From: a virus
DNA length: 64,000 nt
Direction: 5' to 3' (one strand)
IMG/VR virus record: IMGVR_UViG_2858635475_000003
Coordinates: 1,400 to 65,399 of that record
Positions within the stretch are counted from its first letter, which is position 1. Each line of letters begins with the position of its first letter. The translations under genes were made by a program, and so were the position numbers. Positions 47,880 through 58,045 of this stretch are shown here, piece after piece. Under the pieces are notes generated by a model. That model made no database searches. It was not told the origin of the DNA and was given only the letters and a program-made list of their open reading frames with translations.

Positions 47880-48185
47880 TTACTTCTTTCCGCCGCCAGA
47901 TTTTATTGCTGATGTACGCAGATTGCCGTACCAGAGGACAAACTGGTCCTCAGTCCAAACGTCACCGAAAACAACGGGCTGGGGCGTTCCCTCGTCGAAT
48001 TGAGGGAAGTCGAATTCTTCGAGAGAAGCAGGCTTCTGAGCCTCTGTTTTGGGTGTCAGAAGAACCTGGATAGCGTAGGATGCGATCAGCATCCCCAAGC
48101 CCCAAAGGAAGTTGATGAATGCGTAGACCGGCTTGATCTCGCCACTTGCAATCATCTCGACGCTCAATGTTTTCAAATCACTCAT
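47880..48185 (-). CDS. hypothetical tail-module membrane protein
   Basis: Start at the internal Met (MSDLKTLSVEM) overlapping the upstream stop (ATGA); one TM. Confidence 0.45.
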   Translation of the reverse strand: MSDLKTLSVEMIASGEIKPVYAFINFLWGLGMLIASYAIQVLLTPKTEAQKPASLEEFDFPQFDEGTPQPVVFGDVWTEDQFVLWYGNLRTSAIKSGGGKK

Positions 48186-49000
48186 CAGAACACCGGATCG
48201 CCTTGGAACGGTGATTTTCCAGGCATGTGCGGAATGCCACCGAAGTTCGGAAGGTTGTTGAATTTGTTCTTGCAGTCTTCGCGAGTGCGGGAACACCCTG
48301 GATAGGCAGTGATCATGTCACCCGCTTTCAGACCGGCGCCCGTTCCGAAAATGTTGAAGGTCGTGCCAGAATGGTTCTCGATCCCGCGGCGTTCAATCGC
48401 ACCGGCAAACCGAGGCCACTCGATAAAACCATTGGAGAAATGTGCGGCCGGAAAGCCCGCAAGGTCTGACGAGGTTATGACGTTCCCGCTGATTGCGTCG
48501 ATTTCAAACGTCACCCCGTATGAAGCCTTTGGAACTCTGCAACTGATGTCATAGAGGGCGTGCGGGCATTGCCGACCCCAACTCAACCGCAACCCGTTTC
48601 GATTGAAACCGGATGTCAGCATCTTGAGCGAGATTTCGACAGATACTGTGTCGATCTGTTTGCAACTAACCGCGTACCCTACCCACACGATCGGAGCAGA
48701 TGTTTCCCCACGGTGATGGCGCCGGATCAACAGCCAGACTTTTTCGCTTGGTGGCTGCCCGTTGAGCATGATTGCGACCGGGAGTGACTTAGGTAACGTG
48801 ACCTTCATTTCATCCGAGGACGCATCGCCTGATTGTTCGACGCCAGAATCCGTAATGGGTATCGCGATGTAGGTGGTGTCACCAAGCACGGTGTCTTCGT
48901 CGTCAGTTGAGTATTCCCACTTGGCAGTCCCGAACGTAAACTCGTAAAGGGCAATCGGTTCACCAAGGTTGTTCGAGATTTCGATTGCGTCGTGACTCAT
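48185..49000 (-). CDS. distal tail protein (BR0599/DUF2163-like, GTA g13 analogue)
   Basis: Conserved-phage-protein pattern and position between g12-like and g15-like genes. Confidence 0.6.
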   Translation of the reverse strand: MSHDAIEISNNLGEPIALYEFTFGTAKWEYSTDDEDTVLGDTTYIAIPITDSGVEQSGDASSDEMKVTLPKSLPVAIMLNGQPPSEKVWLLIRRHHRGETSAPIVWVGYAVSCKQIDTVSVEISLKMLTSGFNRNGLRLSWGRQCPHALYDISCRVPKASYGVTFEIDAISGNVITSSDLAGFPAAHFSNGFIEWPRFAGAIERRGIENHSGTTFNIFGTGAGLKAGDMITAYPGCSRTREDCKNKFNNLPNFGGIPHMPGKSPFQGDPVF

Positions 49001-49001
49001 C

Positions 49002-50234
49002 TTAGAACCCCGCCAGTGCAGTTCGGAGCGGTGGCGCCGACTTGAAGGTTGCAGCGCAACGAGAGACCCCTTGAGTGTCAGTCACGTGCACGATCTCGAT
49101 CCGGTCTTGGTCCAGGCGGGACAACCTCATGAAGCTGACACGCATCACATCTTCCGGAAGCAAACCTTCCTCAAAAGGCTGATCAACGCCGATAACCTCC
49201 ACGTCGTCATTCAAAACCGTGCTGCTCGTTACGCGGCGGTATTCTCGCCGCCCATCGCAGAAGAAGATTGCAAGATGATCGTGTCCAACTTGAAGTCCGC
49301 CCGACAAGGTGAAGCCGAAGTTCTCGACAAGTAGATACTGGTCGCCGGCCGGCGTCGGATCGGCGAGGCGCATATCGTCAGTGAACGAAGGGAGCCAGAC
49401 ACTCCCCCATCGCCCACGCAGCCCGAACAGTAGTGATTTCAGCTTCCTATAGTCTTGTCTGCCGGAAGAAACCCAATTGTGCTTCTGCGTCGGAAACGGG
49501 ATGCCCGCGATGTCAAAGAATTGCGGGATCGAGGTGTCGTTATCAAGTTCATCCATAATCCGGCTGAACGTGAAATCAGTGTTGTCGCTCTCGTCTGGCG
49601 GTGTGTTGAGAACGTTAAGCCCTCCGTAAACATCCAGATGTGAGACGATTACGGTGTCAGTCACTACATCGTCATTTCGTTCCATTATCCGGAAGTTGAT
49701 CGAGAACGACATCGCGCTGTCGCTGACCTTCCGGAGTGTCGGCTGATCATCCAATCGCGCCTTGCGCACCGGATGGATTTTCGAAAAGGCTTCCCATCCG
49801 CTTTCCAGCGGCGCGGCCAAGGTGATGGTGGTTGACGACACTGCGGAGACTTCCGCGAGTTCGAACTGACGGGCCTTGGCTCCCCCGATGAAGATTACGT
49901 CACCGACGCGGATACCGCCATTGTCCGCAAACGGAATCGGTATTGATGTTGCACCCGCCAGAACGCCGGCACCCGATCGGTAAGACTCATGCCATTGTGG
50001 CAGATAGAAGTTGCGACCACTGTGCGCTTCAAGGAACTGCCGGAACACCTGCCTGTCGTTGTTGCCGACTGCGGAGGTGAACTCGATCGTCTTGCGAGGA
50101 TAGAGGCGCAGCGATCGACGCTGTTCCGCACCTTTCGGCGAGGTTAGAACATCCGTCAGCCACTCAAGGGCTTCCGTATATGTTCCAGCCCAATTCGGCT
50201 CGAAGGTCCAGGTGGGTAAAATCTCAATCGCCAT
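49002..50234 (-). CDS. distal tail protein (DUF2460-like, GTA g12 analogue)
   Basis: Directly downstream of the tape measure; start at the in-frame ATG. Confidence 0.55.
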   Translation of the reverse strand: MAIEILPTWTFEPNWAGTYTEALEWLTDVLTSPKGAEQRRSLRLYPRKTIEFTSAVGNNDRQVFRQFLEAHSGRNFYLPQWHESYRSGAGVLAGATSIPIPFADNGGIRVGDVIFIGGAKARQFELAEVSAVSSTTITLAAPLESGWEAFSKIHPVRKARLDDQPTLRKVSDSAMSFSINFRIMERNDDVVTDTVIVSHLDVYGGLNVLNTPPDESDNTDFTFSRIMDELDNDTSIPQFFDIAGIPFPTQKHNWVSSGRQDYRKLKSLLFGLRGRWGSVWLPSFTDDMRLADPTPAGDQYLLVENFGFTLSGGLQVGHDHLAIFFCDGRREYRRVTSSTVLNDDVEVIGVDQPFEEGLLPEDVMRVSFMRLSRLDQDRIEIVHVTDTQGVSRCAATFKSAPPLRTALAGF

Positions 50235-50285
50235 TGCGCAGCACCATGTCAACCATTTCAGGGTTAGTCAACAAACAGTTGATTG

Positions 50286-53200
50286 TCAACCTAACAAGCT
50301 TCTAAGTTTTCCCTTGTTGCGACCGAGCACACCCATGATGACCTTTTCACCGGAGGCACTGTCCATCCAATTGGAGGCACTGGCTTCATCGAGAACGACA
50401 ATGTTCCTGATAGCACTCGGGCCGCTATTGGACGAACCACGCTCTGCGGCAGCCATCCGCTCCGTCAGAGCGCTCTCCTGCGCTTCCGTCCGGATCGTCT
50501 CCCCACGTTCGAGAATGGTCGGCACCTCGTTAGACTTCAGACCTGCAACGCCGCCGCTGTGATAATAGGACGCGACACTGAAGACGCCGGGGTCAACCCT
50601 GCGAGAGCGCGTGGTCGAGCCAATGGTCCCGCCACCGTGGGCAACCGCTCCACCGAGCGCCGACGCCGCCTTCCCGATTGGTCCGCCGAACCCTGCCAGT
50701 GCGTTGAGGATCGTCTGTTTCAAGATCATCATGGCGATCTCGCGCAGGAAGTTTGCAGCGAATTGCAGGAACGCTTTACCGAGAGCCTGAAACGCATTCT
50801 CACCGTTGGCAACCGCTTGGGCAAACGAGTCAAATACGCCAACCAGTCCGTCCACAAACGAGCCGACAAGCTGCTGTGTTTGCTGCGAGGTGAGACCAAG
50901 CGTATTGATTGCTCGCCCTACGTTCGAAATCGTGACCGCCGCAGTCTGAGTCTTCGTGATCAGCGCATCGATGACAGGCAACTTCGCAGCCGCTTCCGGC
51001 CCGCCGATCGCCTCCCACATGGCGCGAGCATTCTCGGCTGCTGTGACGATCTGGCTGTTCAGCCCGAGGATCTGCTGTTGAAGCGTTTCGGTTTGACTGG
51101 TATCGCCGCTCTGCACAGCCTGCTTGTACTGCTGCATGAGGGCATTACGCTGCTGCTCAAGAGCCTGTGCCTGTTGAAGTGCGGTGTTGGCTTCCTGAAT
51201 TGACGCCTTCTGGTCACGCTTTTCCTGGCTGATCTTGTATTCTTCTGTCGCCAGAGCCTTAATCTTCGCGATCTGTTCATCTGTGAGGACGACACCAGCT
51301 TCCTTGGCCTTCTTCTGTTCCTCGGCCAGTTTTTTCTGGACGAACGCTTCCTCGGTCAGCCGGCCGGCATTACCGTTCTCGGCCTCCTGCAATGTCAGGC
51401 GCTGCGCGAGCTCGTCATTGTATTCCTTCTGCGTCTGTAACCGTTTCCGCTCAGTCTCGAACTGCTTCTCGGTGAAATCGCCTCCGCCCTGGAAAAGCGT
51501 GGCTTCCTGGTTGCGACGACTGGTGTTGATACCACCGTTATGGGACGCGAGGCTACGGATGGCTTCGGCGATCTGCTCGACAGTGCCCTGCTGGATCGTC
51601 TCAAGGATGCCCGTGCTTTTCAGATCACCGTAGTTGTATGCGATCGATGTCAGGACACCCTGCTGCTGTGGCGAGAAGGCATCAAAGCGAGTTGCGCCGA
51701 CCTGATCGCGGGCAATCTTGCCAAACTCGTCCACGCGGCGCGTCAGATCGCGCACAGCGTCAGAGATAGGGACAGTCATCCCCTGAACGACTTTCTGGAT
51801 CGATCCGTCCGACAGGGTGACGGTGTCCGAACCATAGCCGGCACGATAAGCGTTCACATCCCAATACGGGGTGGAACGGTAGCCCTCGAACTGCTTGATG
51901 ATGTTGAAAGCCGCCGAGCCGCCGTCGCTACCAAGGTTGCCGAAATTGACGGCAGTCATGCCAGCCTGATAGCGTTCCTGCGCCTTCACGAGGTCATCGA
52001 ACGAACGGGCGAACTTGATCGCCTGATTGTACTGTTCTTCGAGCCCCTTGATCGTTTCCAGCTTTTTCAGTTCTTCGGCGACAGACGGAATGAGCTTCCC
52101 CATCTCATCCATCGCTTCGTTGAACTTTTTCGCTTTTTCCTCGGCCAGCTTGGTCGAGTCACCGTAGTTGTCTGTTGCCGCCTTTGTCCCGATAAGCGCC
52201 TTGTCCGCTTCCGTGGCAGTGCCGCTGAATGCCTTCACGACCGCGTCGGCCTGCTGCATGGCGTCATATAGTTCGAGCAGGCTCTTGGCCGTGCCGTCAC
52301 CAGTGTTTACGAGGTTGAGCAGTTCGAGCGCAATTTCCTTAAACTGCTCATCGGCAGGATTAAGCGCTATGTCGTTCAGCACCTTCTCCAAATCGCGCAG
52401 CGTCTTGGTGCCATCACGAACACCATTGATCGCTTCCTCGATCTGGCGAAACTGCTTGATCTGCGGCGAGTTGGACGGCAGATCGGCGTTGCCCGCATAG
52501 AGCACACGAGACAACCGCTCGGCGTCCTTGAGGCTCGACTGGAATGTGCTGCGCAGCTTTTCCGCACTCGACAATGCTTGCGCGAGCGTGGCGCCCTTGA
52601 TGTTGTCAGCAACCTTCTTCGTGGTGCCTTCGATTGAGTCGTATGCCGTCTGAACGGCCTGCAGGATTCGTTCGTGCTCGCTGACAGCGGTAACCGTCTT
52701 GTCGACTTCCGTTGCCCACGAACTCACAGCCAGTGTCACACCGGTCAGGATGATGCCGGGAAGGCCACCGACCGCCGACCAAAGCAGGCGGAAAGCGCCG
52801 GCCGCGATTCCTGCCAGTCTCGTGAGCCCGCCAACAGCAACCTGCAATGCGAGAAAGCGTGAACCGGCAGTGCCGCCGACGACGGTTGCCACCCGCAACT
52901 GCGCATTCATCGCCGCGATGATACCGGTGCCACGGGTCAGCGATCCAGTCAGCGCATTCCATTTCGCCTGGGTGGCGGTGACAGTGCCAGCCCACGTGAA
53001 CATTTCACGGTTCAGCGTTCCGGTGGCAACCGCGTTAGCCTTGATGGCGGAAAGCCAGTTGCCAAGGCTGCCTGCCACCTTCAGCGCAACCAGCACGCCG
53101 GCAATACGGGCGAAGTCGTCCATGTATGGCAGCAGCGCCACAAGACCGCGTGTGACATTACCGAGTGCCGCGCCGAGCGACAGGAAGAACTCACGGCCTT

Positions 53201-55316
53201 CCGTGCTCTGGAAGTAGGTGTTGAGCGTCCGCAACCCATCTGTAAAGGCATCAATGAACCCACCCTCACCGACGCGGAGTTGGGCCTGGAATATGTTGTT
53301 TTGGAAGCGACCGAGTTCAGCCGTGGTCGAAGCTAGAGCCGTACCAAGCTGTGGGCCGAAACGCCGTTTCAGTTCATCTGCGAATTTGAGAAGCGTGGTC
53401 TGGTCAGCCAGAACCTCACCCTTCTTCATCATCTCGCCGAGTTCTGCAGCGCTGACGCCGATCGCCTCTGCGAAGATATTGAACGCGCCGGCAAGACGGT
53501 CACCCAACTGGCGCCGCAGTTCTTCCGACGAGACCTTACCCTTGGAGATCATCTGTTCGAGGGCGAGGAACACGCCGTTCAACTGATCGATCGACAGCTT
53601 GTTGACACGACCAGCCTCGGCAACCGACAGGAAAATATCTCGGGTGGCACCGGCAGAGAAGTTCGCGGCGTTGGCTGCCACGGCGAATTTCGAATATTGA
53701 TCTGCGAGGACACCGAACTCGATACCGAGCCGAGCGGCGTTGCGCTCCAGGAAATCGAGTTCCTTGCTGACCTTACCCGTGTCCTGATTGAAGACCACGC
53801 CGAGTCGGCTTTGGGCTGCTTCGAGCGTCTGATACGCCTTTAGCACGCCGCCGATCTGCGCGATCGCGGCATTCAGACCAATGTAGCTTGCGGTGAGCGA
53901 AAGGATCTCACCACGGATGCGCTGAAAGAGCGATAGGGCGTCCCGGCCACCGCGAGTGCTGCTACGGAGAGCACTGTCGAGGTTCTTCGCACCGGATGCG
54001 CCCGATTCCATTGCCGAGCCAGCAGTCTGAGCCGCCTGCCCCATAGCGCGGATTGGCGGGAGCGAGGCGTTTGCACTATTGCCAAGCTGGCGATTTGCCG
54101 CGGCACTCGATGTAGCTGCCTGCGCAATGCGGGCCAACCCCGATACAGGCAAGCCGGCAGCGGCGCGCAGCTTGTCGAGGGCGTCAACCTGAGAGAAGTA
54201 TTCCGTCTTGGCACGGCGAGCGGCTTCCGTAATGCGTTTGAACGCATCCACCTGTTGCGTGGCATTGCCGCTGACCGACTGTAAACCGGTGGCAAGACGC
54301 TTGGCCTCACCTTCCAGTGCTTTCCAGTCGTCGCGCAGAGTGTTGATGGCCGCAATCTGCTTTTGGAGGGCAGCAGCCTGTTTCGGATCAACGACCTCCG
54401 CGCCACCGCTGCTGAACTTGTTGAGTGCTTCGATAGCTCGACGAGTCCGATCAATCTCAGCGGCGTTTTTCGCGGCAGCCGCAGCGACCTCATTCTGGCG
54501 AAGCGCGAGCCCGCCCATGGCGGTGCTGGCCTGATCGGCAACAGCTTTAACCTTGGACTGTTCGGCAGTCACCGTCACCAGCGCCGCTTCATTGCGCTTC
54601 ATCTCGGCAGTGGCTTTTGCCGTCTCGCGGGCAAGGTCTCTCTCATATTTGGCAGCCGCATCGAGCTTGGGGTTGAGCCGTGCCAGTTCGGCTTCCGTTG
54701 CGGCTATGGTGCGGTTCTGGTCGGCAAGCTGCTGTTGAACCTGCGCCTGAAGACCGCGGGCGGCCTGCGCATCACGGAAGACGGACGTGTCGCCGGAAGG
54801 TGCTACCGGTCCCGGCGCCTTGCGCGGCGTGCGAGCGAGTTCCTTGTTGTATTGATTTTGAGCCCGTTCGGTTTCCTTGACTAGGCGGTTTACCTCGGCC
54901 AGATCCTTCTTATAGGCGTCTCGCGCTGTCTTGGCGCGATTGAGAACATCGTTCTGCGCCTGAACTTCGTCGCGAAATTTCTTGGCGTTTTGAGCAGCTT
55001 CCGCCTGAAGTTGAGACCAGTCCTTGGTTTCCTGCGAACTCTTTTTCAGCGCAGTCGCGGCTTCACTGGCTGCCTTATCGACGCGATCCAGATTGTCGGC
55101 GATCGTGCCGAGCGCAGAAAGACCCTTGGCCTGCTGCAAGAGCGTGCCAAGGGCATTGCCGAGTTGTCCGAGAGTGTTTGTCGCCTTGGAGGCTTCGCCG
55201 CCACCGTCCTTGAGCGAAGCCTTTAGTTCTTTCCACGACTCCGTGATGACATCGAGGTTCTTTGAGGCTTCGTTTCTGGCTTTTACGACCAGGTCGACGA
55301 CATTTTCCTTGGCCAT
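50286..55316 (-). CDS. tail tape-measure protein with internal lysozyme-like (GH24-type) domain
   Basis: 1676 aa, Ala/Gln-rich coiled coil. Internal block AFNIIKQFEGYRSTPYWDVNAYRAGYGSDT matches the T4-lysozyme-family catalytic region. Confidence 0.8.
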   Translation of the reverse strand: MAKENVVDLVVKARNEASKNLDVITESWKELKASLKDGGGEASKATNTLGQLGNALGTLLQQAKGLSALGTIADNLDRVDKAASEAATALKKSSQETKDWSQLQAEAAQNAKKFRDEVQAQNDVLNRAKTARDAYKKDLAEVNRLVKETERAQNQYNKELARTPRKAPGPVAPSGDTSVFRDAQAARGLQAQVQQQLADQNRTIAATEAELARLNPKLDAAAKYERDLARETAKATAEMKRNEAALVTVTAEQSKVKAVADQASTAMGGLALRQNEVAAAAAKNAAEIDRTRRAIEALNKFSSGGAEVVDPKQAAALQKQIAAINTLRDDWKALEGEAKRLATGLQSVSGNATQQVDAFKRITEAARRAKTEYFSQVDALDKLRAAAGLPVSGLARIAQAATSSAAANRQLGNSANASLPPIRAMGQAAQTAGSAMESGASGAKNLDSALRSSTRGGRDALSLFQRIRGEILSLTASYIGLNAAIAQIGGVLKAYQTLEAAQSRLGVVFNQDTGKVSKELDFLERNAARLGIEFGVLADQYSKFAVAANAANFSAGATRDIFLSVAEAGRVNKLSIDQLNGVFLALEQMISKGKVSSEELRRQLGDRLAGAFNIFAEAIGVSAAELGEMMKKGEVLADQTTLLKFADELKRRFGPQLGTALASTTAELGRFQNNIFQAQLRVGEGGFIDAFTDGLRTLNTYFQSTEGREFFLSLGAALGNVTRGLVALLPYMDDFARIAGVLVALKVAGSLGNWLSAIKANAVATGTLNREMFTWAGTVTATQAKWNALTGSLTRGTGIIAAMNAQLRVATVVGGTAGSRFLALQVAVGGLTRLAGIAAGAFRLLWSAVGGLPGIILTGVTLAVSSWATEVDKTVTAVSEHERILQAVQTAYDSIEGTTKKVADNIKGATLAQALSSAEKLRSTFQSSLKDAERLSRVLYAGNADLPSNSPQIKQFRQIEEAINGVRDGTKTLRDLEKVLNDIALNPADEQFKEIALELLNLVNTGDGTAKSLLELYDAMQQADAVVKAFSGTATEADKALIGTKAATDNYGDSTKLAEEKAKKFNEAMDEMGKLIPSVAEELKKLETIKGLEEQYNQAIKFARSFDDLVKAQERYQAGMTAVNFGNLGSDGGSAAFNIIKQFEGYRSTPYWDVNAYRAGYGSDTVTLSDGSIQKVVQGMTVPISDAVRDLTRRVDEFGKIARDQVGATRFDAFSPQQQGVLTSIAYNYGDLKSTGILETIQQGTVEQIAEAIRSLASHNGGINTSRRNQEATLFQGGGDFTEKQFETERKRLQTQKEYNDELAQRLTLQEAENGNAGRLTEEAFVQKKLAEEQKKAKEAGVVLTDEQIAKIKALATEEYKISQEKRDQKASIQEANTALQQAQALEQQRNALMQQYKQAVQSGDTSQTETLQQQILGLNSQIVTAAENARAMWEAIGGPEAAAKLPVIDALITKTQTAAVTISNVGRAINTLGLTSQQTQQLVGSFVDGLVGVFDSFAQAVANGENAFQALGKAFLQFAANFLREIAMMILKQTILNALAGFGGPIGKAASALGGAVAHGGGTIGSTTRSRRVDPGVFSVASYYHSGGVAGLKSNEVPTILERGETIRTEAQESALTERMAAAERGSSNSGPSAIRNIVVLDEASASNWMDSASGEKVIMGVLGRNKGKLRSLLG

Positions 55317-55609
55317 CAGCCCTTCCTTTTAAGCAACTCGCTTATGTCTTTGGTCGGTTTGGCGCTGGTCGATTCATCATCTCGGTCGTTCGATCCGTTC
55401 AGGTTCTCGATCAGTTCCTTCAGGGCTTCACCGGCCTTCTCGGCGTCTTTCTTTTTGCCGAACGCAGCCACGGCGGATGTCATGACTGCACTCAGGATCG
55501 TGGCGGTAGTTGCGTGATGGCGGTTGACGCGATCCACAACTAGTTGATTTTCTTCCCAAACCTTGCCGATTGTGTAGTGCTCGGCGTTTACGTGACCTGC
55601 TGCCAGCAA
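55316..55609 (-). CDS. tail assembly chaperone frameshift-extension-like ORF (gpT analogue)
   Basis: Frame stays open upstream across the end of the gpG-like gene in the -1 frame; no ATG; TTG annotated. Confidence 0.35.
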   Translation of the reverse strand: MLAAGHVNAEHYTIGKVWEENQLVVDRVNRHHATTATILSAVMTSAVAAFGKKKDAEKAGEALKELIENLNGSNDRDDESTSAKPTKDISELLKRKG

Positions 55610-55647
55610 CTGGCTGAGTTGTCCTCGTAGACCCCAAATCCACTCGT

Positions 55648-56085
55648 CTAGGCTTGGGGCTTTCTGAGTTCTTTGCTGAGACCGCCCGCGTTCGCCACGA
55701 GTCGCACGACGGTCTCGACGAAGTTTTTTACGCCACCCTGCATCGCGAATGTCAGTGCGGCGATCTTTTCGAGAGCGGCCACCTGCACGTCGATCGGAAG
55801 GCTGGCGTAGGGTTCAACGGTCGTATCGGGCTCGCGGTCTGCGTCACAGAGATAGAGCAGGTGGGCGATAGCCGAGGGGAATTTGCCGAGGATTTCGAGG
55901 GCAACGGATTCTACGGTCTGCTCGCTAAGAGCTTCCGCATTCTTGCCACTGAATTTCTCATAGATTGCAACCGCACTGTCCTGGTGGACTTCGACAAGCT
56001 GCGTAAGATCAGGGACGGTAAGACCGCGGACTACGATCTCACCGCCCTCGAAATGAACTGCTTCAGTTTTCAGGGTGTATTTCAA
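55648..56085 (-). CDS. tail assembly chaperone (gpG-like)
   Basis: Position between the tail tube and tape-measure genes; acidic 145-aa protein. Confidence 0.5.
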   Translation of the reverse strand: MKYTLKTEAVHFEGGEIVVRGLTVPDLTQLVEVHQDSAVAIYEKFSGKNAEALSEQTVESVALEILGKFPSAIAHLLYLCDADREPDTTVEPYASLPIDVQVAALEKIAALTFAMQGGVKNFVETVVRLVANAGGLSKELRKPQA

Positions 56086-56100
56086 AGCACGGGCTCCGCG

Positions 56101-56892
56101 TTAAGCTGCCTTGGGCATGCTGGTGATGTAGATGGATTCGGTCGCGCCCTTACGCAGCAACTCAAGTGTGAACGGGATCTGCTGCCAGTCGTCACCCTTG
56201 AGATTGTAGTCACCGTTCGGAGCGAGCGTGACGTAAGGCATAAGAATCTTGCGATCCGGACCTGATGCGTTGCGCGTAATGAACAGAAGCTGGCCTTCCA
56301 CCTTCTCCGAACCAGAAATGACGCGGTCGTAACTGGACGCGAGGGTAGTGTAGTCGACCGTCAGATCATCACCCTCAACGATGGCCCCCCCTTCGACGAT
56401 CGTAAGCAGGCCGCGCTCGTAATCGATCAGGTAATCATCCAAGATCGTGAACGTGGTTGCACCCTTCTTGACGGTAAGACCAGTGGTGCTGATCTTCACG
56501 TCACCGACCGGATCAGTAAGCGTTTCGCCAAGCTGATACGAACGGCCGGGGATGGCGTCGGCGATTGCGTAGCCGGTCACAGTGCCACCGGCTTCCGTGA
56601 TCGTTTCCTTGCCGGCCGCAGAGAAGAAGTAATAGGCCAGGTTGTCTTCGTTGATCTCGTCGAGAACGAGTGAACCGGATCGCGTCACTTCGAGGGTGAT
56701 CGACTTGTCCTTTTCGCGGATGCCTCGGTCGCTGTTGAAATGGGCGAGTTCTTCGGTTTCCAGCGTCAGAGAAAACTCGGGCGAATTGCCGAGATAACGA
56801 TAGCCTTCGCCGATCTGTGTGCCAGGCTTGAAACGCGAGAAGTGAAGTTCCCCGCGACCAAGTGTATAGTTTTCACTTCCCATTATTGTCAC
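56101..56892 (-). CDS. major tail (tube) protein
   Basis: Position; AAGGAG SD and dyad motif upstream; paralogous to 43281..44201. Confidence 0.55.
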   Translation of the reverse strand: MTIMGSENYTLGRGELHFSRFKPGTQIGEGYRYLGNSPEFSLTLETEELAHFNSDRGIREKDKSITLEVTRSGSLVLDEINEDNLAYYFFSAAGKETITEAGGTVTGYAIADAIPGRSYQLGETLTDPVGDVKISTTGLTVKKGATTFTILDDYLIDYERGLLTIVEGGAIVEGDDLTVDYTTLASSYDRVISGSEKVEGQLLFITRNASGPDRKILMPYVTLAPNGDYNLKGDDWQQIPFTLELLRKGATESIYITSMPKAA

Positions 56893-56930
56893 TCCTTTGT
56901 TGCCAAATCGACAAACGGTTGATTTTTCTT

Positions 56931-57470
56931 TTAGCCGAAAGGATCGCTGTTGTCCTCAACGATTTTCAGCTTCAGGGTGAGCCAGAAATACGCCTTCGTG
57001 GATACGGCTTCTTCCGGAGGGCGTACAACCCCGGCGCCGATCTTGAATTGCTCGATCCGGTTCTTACGAGGCGTCCCGTCGTTATTGAAATTGACGCCGA
57101 ACGGATCAGGTTGACGGAAAGCTGATCCCGGTCCTTTGCGGTCGTTTTCCTTCGCCAGCCGCTTCTTCACGTCAGCCATTGCGACGTGAGCAGGATCGGT
57201 CGGGTTGTTGCGGTCATCACGCACGAAACCCTGCACGATTATGTCCCACCAGCCGTCTTCAGTCGTTGAAAGGAAAGGTGACGGACGCATTTCGTTCGGC
57301 AGCGGAGGCTCGATGATGCTGACCATGGGGATGGGATCGCCCTCGCCGAAAATCAGCCGGCCACGGAAAACCTTGCCCGTAAAATCGAGACTGTAACCCG
57401 TAGCGACACTGATCTCATCGATAGCGGCAGCAATCTCTTTTTGGGTTTTCAGGCGGAAAGGATCGCTCAT
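56931..57470 (-). CDS. head-tail/tail completion protein (hypothetical)
   Basis: Position in the connector module. Confidence 0.45.
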   Translation of the reverse strand: MSDPFRLKTQKEIAAAIDEISVATGYSLDFTGKVFRGRLIFGEGDPIPMVSIIEPPLPNEMRPSPFLSTTEDGWWDIIVQGFVRDDRNNPTDPAHVAMADVKKRLAKENDRKGPGSAFRQPDPFGVNFNNDGTPRKNRIEQFKIGAGVVRPPEEAVSTKAYFWLTLKLKIVEDNSDPFG

Positions 57471-58045
57471 GTCTGTGCCTCAAGTAGCCGCTCGAATTTG
57501 TCGCGCAGCAAGTCTTCCAGTTCGGGTTTAAGTTCTTCGCGGGTTTCGTCGAACACCTGATCGACCGCGGGCCCATACAAAAGCCAGAGACCCTTACCAA
57601 GCTGCTTCGCACCGCGGCTCGGCGCTTTGCCGTTCTTCGTGCGGTAGGCCAGTCCGATGTTATTGTTGCGGAGTTTGATGAGAAACGCGCTCGGCATGAA
57701 CTCGGACTTGCCGGGATCAACCGTCACGCTCACACCCTTGGCACCGACTTTCGGACTGCCCTGAACGAAACGAGCGAGCGAGGTGGGACGATCGCGACCG
57801 CGGACGATACCTGTCAGATCACCCTTGGTCGCGTACTTCGCAATTCCCAATCGGCCGGCCTGCCCCGTCAGGTATCCACGTGGAAAGTTGACCTGCTTTT
57901 CCATCGAGCGCGCTGCGCGCCGCCGACCTTCTTGCGTGGTCTCATTGACAGCTTGACGAAGAATGCTTGCAATTTTCGGATCGAGAGTTTCGATCTCATC
58001 GAACGAAGTAATGCCCTGAATGACGATATCGACAGCGCGGACCAT
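57467..58045 (-). CDS. head-tail connector module protein (hypothetical)
   Basis: Start at Met6, overlapping the upstream stop. Confidence 0.45.
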   Translation of the reverse strand: MVRAVDIVIQGITSFDEIETLDPKIASILRQAVNETTQEGRRRAARSMEKQVNFPRGYLTGQAGRLGIAKYATKGDLTGIVRGRDRPTSLARFVQGSPKVGAKGVSVTVDPGKSEFMPSAFLIKLRNNNIGLAYRTKNGKAPSRGAKQLGKGLWLLYGPAVDQVFDETREELKPELEDLLRDKFERLLEAQT

